Assembly: GCA_035527275.1 (NCBI GenBank)
Contig: DATLBA010000004.1
Location: forward strand, 1-60,718
DNA length: 60,718 bases
Direction of reading: 5' to 3'
From: Phycisphaerae bacterium
GTDB lineage: Bacteria > Planctomycetota > Phycisphaerae > FEN-1346
This document shows positions 16,937 to 25,789 of this stretch, one piece after another. The position numbers were made by a program, and so were the translations under genes. A model generated the notes under the pieces. It searched no databases, had not been told where the DNA came from, and saw only the letters and a list, made by a program, of their open reading frames with translations. The first letter of the stretch is position 1. Every line of letters starts with the position of its first letter.

Positions 16937-18058
16937 ATGGCAACCGCCAAAGACGACAGCGCGTGCGGCGTGCTGGAACTGCACGAGCGGGGCTACGGAT
17001 TCTTGCGGGATCCCAAACGTGATTTCCGCCCCACCCAAAACGACGTTTTCGTCCCACCGGGGCTGGTCAAGCAATATGGCCTGAAAGAGGGCCTCGCGCT
17101 CGAAGGCCCGACCCGCCCGGACAGAAAGGGGCGCGGCCTGCAACTGGCCGACGTGACGACCATTTGCGGACAACCGCCGGACCTCTACGCCCCGCTTGCG
17201 TCATTCGGGCGGCTCACCGTCATCGATCCCGACGAAGCCCTCTGGCTCGAAACAGGGCCGGAGCCGCTCACCACCCGCGTCCTGGACCTCCTCGCGCCGA
17301 TCGGCAAAGGCCAGCGGGGCCTCATCGTCTCGCCGCCGCGCGCCGGGAAGACCATCCTCCTCGAACACATGGCGCAGGCCGTCCATACCAACTACCCGGA
17401 CGTGTGCCTCATGATGGTTCTGGTGGACGAGCGGCCGGAGGAGGTCACGCACTTCCGCCGGACGACCGGTGGCTTGGTCCTGGCATCCTCGAACGATCAG
17501 GATGTCGAGCAGCACGTGAGACTTGCGCGCCTGGCGTTCGCCCAGGCCAAGGCCGAAGTCGAGTTCGGCCGCGACGTCGTCCTCTTCATGGACAGCCTCA
17601 CGCGCCTCGGCCGCACGTTCAACAAAGCCGTCCCGTCCAGCGGCCGCACGATGTCCGGCGGCATGGACATCCGGGCCCTGGAGGAACCCAAGCGCATGTT
17701 CGGCGCTGCCCGCAACATCGAAGGCGGAGGGAGCCTGACCGTCGTCGCCACCTGCCTCATCGAAACCGGCAGCCGCATGGACGAACTCATCTTCCAGGAA
17801 TTCAAAGGCACGGGCAATATGGAGTGCGTCCTCGCGCGCGACCTGGCCGAGCGTCGGCTCTTCCCGGCGGTTGACATCCTCGCCTCCGGCACGCGCAAGG
17901 AAGAACGCTTCGTCAGCCCCGAGGAACTAAGGAAGCGCCATCTGATTCGCCGCCGCCTCGCCGACACCAAGCCCCACGAAGCCCTCGAGAGCCTGCTCTC
18001 GGCGCTTGCGTCCTATCCTTCGAATCGCGACCTGCTGGACGCGCTCTCGGCCGCCTAA
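16937..18058 (+). CDS. rho: Transcription termination factor Rho (short form)
   Basis: GVLELHERGYGFLR (RNA-binding OB fold), GKGQRGLIVSPPRAGKT, DERPEEV, DSLTRL, IFQEFKGTGNME, SGTRKEE. Confidence 0.93.
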   Translation: MATAKDDSACGVLELHERGYGFLRDPKRDFRPTQNDVFVPPGLVKQYGLKEGLALEGPTRPDRKGRGLQLADVTTICGQPPDLYAPLASFGRLTVIDPDEALWLETGPEPLTTRVLDLLAPIGKGQRGLIVSPPRAGKTILLEHMAQAVHTNYPDVCLMMVLVDERPEEVTHFRRTTGGLVLASSNDQDVEQHVRLARLAFAQAKAEVEFGRDVVLFMDSLTRLGRTFNKAVPSSGRTMSGGMDIRALEEPKRMFGAARNIEGGGSLTVVATCLIETGSRMDELIFQEFKGTGNMECVLARDLAERRLFPAVDILASGTRKEERFVSPEELRKRHLIRRRLADTKPHEALESLLSALASYPSNRDLLDALSAA

Positions 18059-19188
18059 TGGTCCAACTCCATGACGCGCTTGCGGTAATGCCTGTAGTTG
18101 GACAGTGAAACGTCGGAGGGCACGGCGTGGTCGCAACTGGGGATGTAACGGCCGCGATCGACCATCGTCGGAACGATATATTCCAGCATCCGGTCGATGG
18201 CGTCGGGCCCCTTGGCCAGGACCCGCTTGTCGATACCCCCGCGCATGTGCATGTCGGGATAGCGCCGGCCGATCTCGACGACGTCGCACCCGCTCGCGAC
18301 TTCGAACGGACTCATCGCATCCACGTCCACCTCGCGGTACACGTCGATGACGGGGCGGCAGTCGCCGTCCGTGTCGATCTCGAAGTGAAGCGTCTCGGTC
18401 TGACCACCTTTCAGTTCCTCATATAGTTCGCGATAGCAGGGCAGCAGAAACTCGCGCATCATCTTCGGCGAGATCAGCGGCCCGTGGTTGTAGCAGATGT
18501 CCTCGGCCAGGAACAATCTGAAAAACGGCCCCGTGTCTGTCTGACACCGCTTCAGGCCGAACACCGCGAGGTCGCGCCACGTCTCCATGAGCGAACGGAC
18601 CAGGTCCGGCGCATCGTAGAAGGCGTACAGCAGGTCCTCCGGCCCGATCAGGCTCCGAAGGTACATATACCCGCCGATGACGCTGGCCGTGTGCAGGCAC
18701 TCGCCGCGCCCGAGCCGCGCCCGGTTCCGCTCCACCTTCTCCTCGTAGCCTTCCCACCGCGCGGGCGTCTCGGGATCGAGCCGCGGCCGCACGTCGTTCT
18801 CCCAGTCCTTCCGCGACGCCACCGCGTGCTTCAGATACGTCGGCATGACCTGTTCCCGCTGGCCTTTGGGATAGCGTTTGACGCGGCCCACCCAGTCCCG
18901 AACGATTTCGTGCCGGCCCTCGACTTTGAGCACTTTCTCCTCATATCGCGGCTCCAGCGGCGCTTCGCACCAGCCGAGGTCCACGGCCTGCCCCATCCAA
19001 ACGCCCGGGTCGAACCCGAAGTATTCGTTGAACCGGGAACCCGCCTTGCCGTCCTTGACCACGTCCGGGGGGATGCCCTCGCGCTCCCACCGCGCGAAGG
19101 TCTGGGGAAAGAAACCGAACGGGGTGCGCACGAGGTGGTCCACCGGTCCGCCCTCAAAACTTCGCCGCATTCTCTCGACTGGACCCAT
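18055..19188 (-). CDS. URO-D/MtaA-CmuA family protein
   Basis: FLAEDICYNHGPLISP, IDTDGD, MSPFEVASG, RGGIDK, YIPSCDH. Start ATG 19188. Confidence 0.85.
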   Translation of the reverse strand: MGPVERMRRSFEGGPVDHLVRTPFGFFPQTFARWEREGIPPDVVKDGKAGSRFNEYFGFDPGVWMGQAVDLGWCEAPLEPRYEEKVLKVEGRHEIVRDWVGRVKRYPKGQREQVMPTYLKHAVASRKDWENDVRPRLDPETPARWEGYEEKVERNRARLGRGECLHTASVIGGYMYLRSLIGPEDLLYAFYDAPDLVRSLMETWRDLAVFGLKRCQTDTGPFFRLFLAEDICYNHGPLISPKMMREFLLPCYRELYEELKGGQTETLHFEIDTDGDCRPVIDVYREVDVDAMSPFEVASGCDVVEIGRRYPDMHMRGGIDKRVLAKGPDAIDRMLEYIVPTMVDRGRYIPSCDHAVPSDVSLSNYRHYRKRVMELDH

Positions 19189-19364
19189 CGCGTGCCCTCC
19201 CAACAAAAATACGCGGCCAGGGTGCCCATCGGCCCTCCAGCCGCCGTCAAGATATCGTTGACTACGCCCTAGTCCCCAACAGAAAGAACCTGACGCCTGC
19301 TAACTCAGTTCGGCGCGGAAGGCGCAGCACGCTCGTCAGTCTTACCGAACGGTAGAAGCCCAGA

Positions 19365-20717
19365 CTACTGGGCCTTGCGGAGCATGGCGGCCTTTTCCAA
19401 ATCTGCCGACCCTTCCGCCACCCATTCCTCATCCGCCAGTTCGCCCCACCGGCAGGCGTAACGGTCCAGCCCGTCGGCCGCCTTCGTCAGAATCGCTTCG
19501 CCCCCCTCATACGTCGGCCGCGCGCCCGACTCCCGCACCACCTCCCGCAGGACGTGCGGGTGATCGATAATCATGCACGGCCGCAGATAGTCGTCCGAAT
19601 AGGGCTGCCGGGCGCGGATGCGGCGGAAGAACGGGCTGTCCAGAACGTCATGAAGCGACTTGTCCCGGATGTTATCCACCGCGAACTGGGCGAAAACGCA
19701 CGGCTCGACATCGCCATGCACGTTGATATGAATATAGTATCGCCCGCCCGCCATGCAACCGCCGACCAAGGCCCCGTCGTTCCAGAAATCCATCAGAAGC
19801 ATCGGCAGCCGTTCCCTGAGTTCCCGCACCCGCCTCCGCCGACACAGGCGCTGCTCCGGCGTCGGCATCCGGTCAAGGTCAGGCTCGCGCCCGATGGGAA
19901 TGTAATTGAAGTACCACCCCAGGGCGCACCCCTGCTCCCGCCAGAACTCCACAAACTCGTCGCTAACGAGGAGATCGTTGTTCTCCCGCGTCGCCGTCGC
20001 ACTGAAGCCGAAGAAGACGCCGCGCTCACGCAGGTTCCTCATCGCCGCCAGGATCCGGTCGAACGTCCCTTTCCCGCGGCGAGCGTCGGTCTCCTCCTTG
20101 AACCCCTCGACGCTGATGCAGGGCACCACGTGCCCCATCTCCGCCAACCGGTCCGCCAACGAAGAGTCAATCAGCATCCCATTCGTGTACACCTGAAAGT
20201 AAACGTCGTCGTGGGTCGCGAAAAGATCCATTAGGTCTTTGCGAAAGAACGGCTCCCCGCCGCTTATCGTGATAAAATAAATGCCCATCGCCTTCGCTTC
20301 CCGCAAAATCCGGTCCACCAGGCCGAAGGACATCTCCGCGCGCTTCGCATACGCGGCGGCATAGCACCCCACGCACCGCAGGTTGCACCGCATCGTCGGG
20401 CTGATAACGAGGGAGTATGGCGGCTGAAGACCCGTCCGGTGATGATACTGAATCCGCTGCCGCTTGCCCGTGATGGCGTTCACCATCAGGTTGTCGAGCA
20501 CCTTGGTCCGGCATTGCGGGCACCCTTTGGCGAGGATCTCCTTGCCGAATCGGAGCATCTGATTCGTAAAAATCCGCCCCTGCGGGAAGGTAATCGACTG
20601 GGCCGCTTCTTGGGCAAAGGCAAACAAACGCCTCTCAAACCACTGCGGCGCCACCCGCACCGCACCCCGAAGCGCCTGCAATTGAACGTATCCCACGGCC
20701 GACGTGAGTGGATTCAC
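19365..20717 (-). CDS. Radical SAM protein with a SPASM/twitch-like C-terminus
   Basis: ISPTMRCNLRCVGCY, SGGEPF, YTNG, GCMAGGRYYIHINVHGDVEPCVF, LRPCMIID. Confidence 0.88.
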   Translation of the reverse strand: MNPLTSAVGYVQLQALRGAVRVAPQWFERRLFAFAQEAAQSITFPQGRIFTNQMLRFGKEILAKGCPQCRTKVLDNLMVNAITGKRQRIQYHHRTGLQPPYSLVISPTMRCNLRCVGCYAAAYAKRAEMSFGLVDRILREAKAMGIYFITISGGEPFFRKDLMDLFATHDDVYFQVYTNGMLIDSSLADRLAEMGHVVPCISVEGFKEETDARRGKGTFDRILAAMRNLRERGVFFGFSATATRENNDLLVSDEFVEFWREQGCALGWYFNYIPIGREPDLDRMPTPEQRLCRRRRVRELRERLPMLLMDFWNDGALVGGCMAGGRYYIHINVHGDVEPCVFAQFAVDNIRDKSLHDVLDSPFFRRIRARQPYSDDYLRPCMIIDHPHVLREVVRESGARPTYEGGEAILTKAADGLDRYACRWGELADEEWVAEGSADLEKAAMLRKAQ

Positions 20718-20831
20718 GGCCCTCCCCCTTTCGTGTATCTCTCCTGCCGATCACACGCCTTGGCCTCCTCGCATACAGGTGCGCACACAGGCAGCCGGGT
20801 GGCCACACCACCGATCCGATGTGCCTATTCT

Positions 20832-20860
20832 AATCTAGCACGGCAGACTCGCAGGGTCAA
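20832..20860 (-). promoter_or_regulatory. Putative sigma70 promoter of the radical SAM gene 19365..20717
   Basis: TTGACC-N17-TAGATT on the minus strand. Confidence 0.5.
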
Positions 20861-20979
20861 GCGCGAGAAAATTCCTCCGTCATGCCGCGACCGTCCAAGC
20901 GACACGTGGGGTCGGGACTAGCCGCGAGCGACCAAGCGAGCGGTCGATGCATGAGGGAAAAACCGGTCGGTTCGTGGTC

Positions 20980-22992
20980 TCAGGACCGCAACTCGGCCCC
21001 GAGGCGAGCCTTCAGGCTTCCGAGAATCTTCGCCTGGACCGCGTCGGCCTGGCTGTGGGTCAGCGTCTCCGAGCCGCTCCGCAGCACCAGATGCAGGGCC
21101 ACGCTTTTCTTCCCGGCGGGGACCTGCTCGCCACGATAAACGTCCAGCGGCTCCAGTGATTCGACCTCCGTCGCCTCGGCCGAGGCGATGGCCTTTTCGA
21201 TCTCGGCCCACGCGACCGCCTCGTCCACGACGATGGCCAGGTCGCGCACGATGGCCGGATACGGAGGCACCGGCTCGTAGGCCCGCTCCAGCGCCGCCGC
21301 ATCCACCAGCCGCCCATACAGCACCTCCGCGACGGTGGGCGGCTCGTCCAGATCGAACGCCGCGGCGGTCGGTTGCGCCACCTGTCCGACCATGCCGAGG
21401 GGCTCGCCGTCGAGCAGCACCTCGGCCGCCTGGCCCGGTTCCAGGTCGGCGTACCGGTCGGTCGGCGCGAAGCCCACGCGCTCGCCGATTCCCAGGCGCT
21501 CAAACAGGGCCTCCAGAACCCCCTTGACGTCCTGGAAATCATCCGGTGAGGCGAGGGCCAGCATCGGGTCTTCCTGGGGTAATTCGCGGCCCTCGACGGG
21601 CACGAACCGGTGGGCAATCTCAAAGAGCCGCGCGTCCGCCTCGCCGGCGTTTCGGTTGATTCGCAGCGACTCCAGCAGCCCCGGCAGCACCGACTCGCGC
21701 AGGACCAGCGCTGTGCCGCGAAGGGCGAGCGGTTCGCCCTCCAGGTCGGCCGGCCGGAACCGCCCCGCCTCCTCGCCGCTCGTGAACGAGAACGTCACCG
21801 CCTCGAAGTATCCCGCGGCGGTCAGGACCTCGGCCGTCGCCTCGCGGACACGTTCGGGCCGGGCGGGCGCAGCATAGGTGACGCGAATGTCGGCTCGCTC
21901 GGGAATCTTGTCATACCCGTGGTGCCGCGCCACCTCTTCCACGAGGTCGATCTCTCGCTCCAGGTCCGCGCGCCAGGAAGGAATGCGGACGCGGATGCGC
22001 TCCGGACCGGCCTCCAGGATTTCCAGGCCGAGCCGCCGCAGGATGTCGGCGGCGGTTTCGGGAGCGATGGCGATGCCGAGGATCGTTTCGATGCGGCCGA
22101 CGCGAAGAGTGATTTCGTGCGGCTCCGGCAGGGGCTTGCCCACCGTGCATACGCCGCGCGCCACCTTCCCGCCTGCGACCTGGGTCACGAGCGCGCAGGC
22201 CCGTCGGCTGGCCCAGTCGGTGCCGCACGGGTCCACACGCCGCTCGAAGCGGAAACTGGATTCGCTCGCCAGGGCGAGCGCGCGGCCGGTCGCGCGGATG
22301 CTCAGCGGGTTGAAGACGGCGGCTTCGAGCAGAATGTCGGTCGTGGCGTCGGAAATTTCGGTCTCAGCGCCGCCCATGACGCCGGCCAGGGCCACCGCCC
22401 GCCGCGCGTCGGCAATCACCAGCCGCTCAGGAGTCAGGGTGTGCTCGGAGTGGTCGATGGTGACGAATCGCTCGCCGCTGCGCGCGCGGCGAACGACGAT
22501 GCGCCGCTCCTGGAGGCGGGCGAAATCGAAGGCGTGAAGCGGTTGGCCGCACTCCATCATCACGTAGTTCGTCACGTCCACGACGTTGTTCACCGGCCGC
22601 ACGCCGACCGCTTCCAGCCGCTTGCGGAGCCAGTCGGGGCTCGGGCCCATCTTGACGCCGCGAATCACCCGGGCCGTGTAGAGCGGGCAGAGGTCAAGGT
22701 CCTCGACTTCGATGCTCGTCAGGTTCTCACACGCCTCGTCCGATTCGGGATAGGCGGCGTCCGGCAGCGCGAGTTCCGCATCCAGCGCTGCCGCCAGTTC
22801 CCGCGCGACGCCGATGTGGCCCAGGCAATCGGGCCGGTTGGCGGTGACTTCGACGTCCAGACACGCGTCGCCGTCGGGCAGGGGCTGGATGCCGTCCACG
22901 TTCAGGCCGACGCGCGTAAGCGTCTCGGCGACCTCGTCGGGCGCTAGATCCGTCGGGACGTATTCGCGGAGCCAGTTGTAAGTTACGTTCAT
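20980..22992 (-). CDS. pheT: Phenylalanine-tRNA ligase beta subunit
   Basis: MNVTYNWLREY, EVTANRPDCLGHIGVARE, NNVVDVTNYVM, SSFRFER, DLEREIDLVEEVAR, and a C-terminal FDX-ACB domain (YPAIVRDLA, DVYRG, KKSVA). Confidence 0.95.
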   Translation of the reverse strand: MNVTYNWLREYVPTDLAPDEVAETLTRVGLNVDGIQPLPDGDACLDVEVTANRPDCLGHIGVARELAAALDAELALPDAAYPESDEACENLTSIEVEDLDLCPLYTARVIRGVKMGPSPDWLRKRLEAVGVRPVNNVVDVTNYVMMECGQPLHAFDFARLQERRIVVRRARSGERFVTIDHSEHTLTPERLVIADARRAVALAGVMGGAETEISDATTDILLEAAVFNPLSIRATGRALALASESSFRFERRVDPCGTDWASRRACALVTQVAGGKVARGVCTVGKPLPEPHEITLRVGRIETILGIAIAPETAADILRRLGLEILEAGPERIRVRIPSWRADLEREIDLVEEVARHHGYDKIPERADIRVTYAAPARPERVREATAEVLTAAGYFEAVTFSFTSGEEAGRFRPADLEGEPLALRGTALVLRESVLPGLLESLRINRNAGEADARLFEIAHRFVPVEGRELPQEDPMLALASPDDFQDVKGVLEALFERLGIGERVGFAPTDRYADLEPGQAAEVLLDGEPLGMVGQVAQPTAAAFDLDEPPTVAEVLYGRLVDAAALERAYEPVPPYPAIVRDLAIVVDEAVAWAEIEKAIASAEATEVESLEPLDVYRGEQVPAGKKSVALHLVLRSGSETLTHSQADAVQAKILGSLKARLGAELRS

Positions 22993-23121
22993 GGCGCGGT
23001 TTCCGCCGGTGTCGTGGCGTTCGCGGCAGCGGCTCAGTCCGCCTGAGGCGGACGGCCGCAACCGCCTCCGTCGGAGTCCCGATGTGCATCGGGACGGCGG
23101 CCGGACGCTGCCGGAAAGCGG

Positions 23122-23149
23122 ATTATAGACCGCCTTCCCCAACGGTCAA
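23122..23149 (-). promoter_or_regulatory. Putative sigma70 promoter of pheT
   Basis: TTGACC-N16-TATAAT on the minus strand, 130 bp upstream of the pheT ATG. Confidence 0.6.
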
Positions 23150-23305
23150 GCGAAACCGGTGGGGGGGCGAGGCCGGGGAGTGTTTGATTCCACTTGCTGG
23201 AGGGGCCGGGGGCAGATGGAGGTGAGGCTTTCCGAGTCATCGAGAAACGCCGGCGCGACTTTCGTAGGCTCTTAGGGGGCCGCAATTCCGCATCGCCCAC
23301 CCTCC

Positions 23306-23347
23306 AAAAACAGGAGCGGGGACAGTAGCAGCCTACTGTCCCCACTC
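23306..23347 (-). terminator. Intrinsic terminator after tRNA-fMet
   Basis: 11-bp perfect stem GGGGACAGTAG/CTACTGTCCCC (23318-23343), followed on the minus strand by CTGTTTTT. Confidence 0.6.
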
Positions 23348-23357
23348 ATCTTATGTG

Positions 23358-23434
<77 letters not shown>

Positions 23435-23446
23435 ATCCGTACCCAT

Positions 23447-23474
23447 ATCCTATCGGCCGTCTGCTGCGCGTCAA
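23447..23474 (-). promoter_or_regulatory. Putative promoter of tRNA-fMet
   Basis: TTGACG-N16-TAGGAT on the minus strand, 12 bp before the tRNA 5' end. Confidence 0.5.
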
Positions 23475-23498
23475 GCCCATTTATTTCAGCCCGCAAGG

Positions 23499-24392
23499 TC
23501 AGGCGCCGGCGGCCTCGCGCAAGACCTCGCGAATCCGCTCGCACACGGCCTCGATGATCCAGTGCGGCGTGGAGGCGCCGGCGGCGATGCCGATGCGCCG
23601 ACCACCGCAGAGGTGCTCGCGCTTTACTTCGCCGGCGTGCTCGAGATGGTGCGTCTCGACACCGCGCCCGGCGCACGACTCGGCCAGCCGGTTCGTGTTG
23701 GCGCTGTTTCGTCCGCCCAGGACGAACATGACATCGACGCGGTCGGCCAGTTCGGCCGCGGCCCGTTGGCACTCCACGGTGGCAGTGCAGATGGTGTTGA
23801 CGATGCGGACGTCCGGCAAATCGCGCCGGACCAGCGCCTCCGCCATCTTGTGAAACCGGACCGGCGAGAACGTCGTCTGGGCCGCCAGTGCCACCGGCCC
23901 TTCGAGCGCGATGCTGTGGACCTCTTCCGCGCTTCCGACCACTTCGGCGGTCGGGGCGTGGCCCAGAATCGCGCGGACTTCAGGATGGGCCGCTTCGCCC
24001 GCCACGACGACCTGGTATCCGTTGTCGGCGAGTTCAACGGCCAGCGTCTGGACTCGGCGCACGAGCGGGCACGTCGCGTCCACGATCGCGAGGCCTCGGC
24101 GCTGCGCCTCTTCGACCACGGACGGCTGCAGGCCGTGACTGCGAATCAACAGGATGCCGCCTTCGGCCGCCTCGTCCAGCGATTCAATCACGCACAAACC
24201 TTTCTCCGCCAGGCGGGCCATCTCCTGCGGATTGTGGATGAGCGAGCCGAGGCAATAGACGGTCTGGCTCTCGGCGAGCGCTTCGGTGGCCAAGCGGATG
24301 GCGCGGCGGACGCCGAAGCATACGCCGCTTCCGGCAGCCACTTCGATCGTGGGTTCGTCCGGTTTGGCACCCCGCTTCGGTTGCCTGGCCAC
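23499..24392 (-). CDS. ispH: 4-hydroxy-3-methylbut-2-enyl diphosphate reductase
   Basis: GVCFGVRRA, IHNPQE, IRSHG, DATCPLV, AQTT, NTICTAT, SANT, AAGASTP. Start GTG 24392. Confidence 0.93.
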   Translation of the reverse strand: MARQPKRGAKPDEPTIEVAAGSGVCFGVRRAIRLATEALAESQTVYCLGSLIHNPQEMARLAEKGLCVIESLDEAAEGGILLIRSHGLQPSVVEEAQRRGLAIVDATCPLVRRVQTLAVELADNGYQVVVAGEAAHPEVRAILGHAPTAEVVGSAEEVHSIALEGPVALAAQTTFSPVRFHKMAEALVRRDLPDVRIVNTICTATVECQRAAAELADRVDVMFVLGGRNSANTNRLAESCAGRGVETHHLEHAGEVKREHLCGGRRIGIAAGASTPHWIIEAVCERIREVLREAAGA

Positions 24393-24409
24393 CGTTTTTC
24401 CTCTCCGTC

Positions 24410-25048
24410 TCAAGCCCCGGCGCGAAGGCGGCGCCGAAGTTCCTTCTGAATGTCCACCATCTGGCGCCGCACGGCCGCCATCGTCTCTTTGGGGTCCGTC
24501 ACGGTGATGTTCTCCACCCGGACCGCTTTGCCGTAGGCGACGCGGATAGGATGGGGCTGCGGCAGCAGGCGAGTGCGCGGCCAGGCCTGGAACGCCCCCT
24601 CGATGACCATGGGCAGAATCGGCACGCCGGCGCGGGCCGCAATCGTCGCCGGGCCGCCTTGCAACGGCCCGATGGACCCGTCGCGCGTCCGCGTCGCCTC
24701 CGGAAACATCAGGACCACCGCTCCTTTTCTGAGGCGCCGCAGCGTCCCGCGGACGGCATTCAGGTCGGCCGTTCCGCGCCGGACCGGAAAGGCCCCCAGG
24801 CTTCGTATCAACCACCGAAACGGCGCAAGTCGAAACAGCGAGTCCCGCGCCATCGGATGGAAAGGTCGCGGCAAGCCGACAGCCACCAGGATCGGGTCCA
24901 GGAAACTTTGGTGATTCGCCACCACCAGGACGCCGCCCTTCTTCGGAAAACGGTCCCTGTGCTCCACGCGCAGACCGAACGCCAGGATGCACACCACCCG
25001 CGCGACTTGCTGAACGAGAGTGTACCAGACGCGCTGCAGGCCGTTCAC
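24410..25048 (-). CDS. plsC: 1-acyl-sn-glycerol-3-phosphate acyltransferase
   Basis: ANHQSFLDP (HxxxxD), FPVRRG, FPEATRT. Lies in the cmk-plsC-ispH cluster. Confidence 0.88.
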   Translation of the reverse strand: MNGLQRVWYTLVQQVARVVCILAFGLRVEHRDRFPKKGGVLVVANHQSFLDPILVAVGLPRPFHPMARDSLFRLAPFRWLIRSLGAFPVRRGTADLNAVRGTLRRLRKGAVVLMFPEATRTRDGSIGPLQGGPATIAARAGVPILPMVIEGAFQAWPRTRLLPQPHPIRVAYGKAVRVENITVTDPKETMAAVRRQMVDIQKELRRRLRAGA

Positions 25049-25719
25049 GTCGCCTCCTTGCGCCGGCGGCGCACCTCGGCGAGCAGCGTCTCAATCATCT
25101 CGTCGATGGTCATCTTCGTGGTATCGACCTGAATGGCGTCGTCCGCGGGCCTCAAAGGTGATGCCTGGCGGGTCGAGTCGCACCGGTCGCGCTCCTGAAT
25201 CTCTTGCAGGACGTCGCGGTAGGAGCGGTGGTCGCCTCGCTCGGAAAGTTCGAGTTGGCGACGGCGCGCCCGCACCGCCGGGTCGGCATCCAGAAAGAAC
25301 TTCACAGGAGCGTCCGGGAAGACCACGGTTCCCTGGTCGCGCCCCTCGGCGACGACGTGCTCGGCGCGGGTGGCGAAGGCGTGCTGCTTTTCGACCATGA
25401 CCCGCCGCACGCCGGGCGTCCGCGCCACGTAATGGGAGTGCGTGCTCACGCGGCTCTCGCGGATGGCCTCGGTCACGTCGCGGCCGTCGAGACGCACGCG
25501 CTGTTCGCCCGCCGCCCCGTCGAGTTCGATGTTGCTGCTTTGCGCCAGCGACTCGAGGGTGCCCGCGTCTTCGAGGTCGGTTCCGGTTTCGAGGGCCTCG
25601 AGCGTCAGGGCTCGATACATGGCGCCGGTGTCGAGGTGGTCGGCGCCGAGGTGTTTCGCCAGGCCGGCGGCGGCTGTGGTCTTTCCACTTCCCGCGGTGC
25701 CGTCAATCGTGATAATCAT
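25045..25719 (-). CDS. cmk: Cytidylate kinase
   Basis: IITIDGTAGSGKTT, LDTGAMYR, AEGRDQGTVVFP, RDRCDSTRQASPL. Start ATG 25719. Confidence 0.95.
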   Translation of the reverse strand: MIITIDGTAGSGKTTAAAGLAKHLGADHLDTGAMYRALTLEALETGTDLEDAGTLESLAQSSNIELDGAAGEQRVRLDGRDVTEAIRESRVSTHSHYVARTPGVRRVMVEKQHAFATRAEHVVAEGRDQGTVVFPDAPVKFFLDADPAVRARRRQLELSERGDHRSYRDVLQEIQERDRCDSTRQASPLRPADDAIQVDTTKMTIDEMIETLLAEVRRRRKEAT

Positions 25720-25789
25720 GGCGGCCGCATTATATCGCCGCCGCGCGGGGCCGAAAAGACTGGAAATCGCGTGGCGTCCGGCCGACAAT

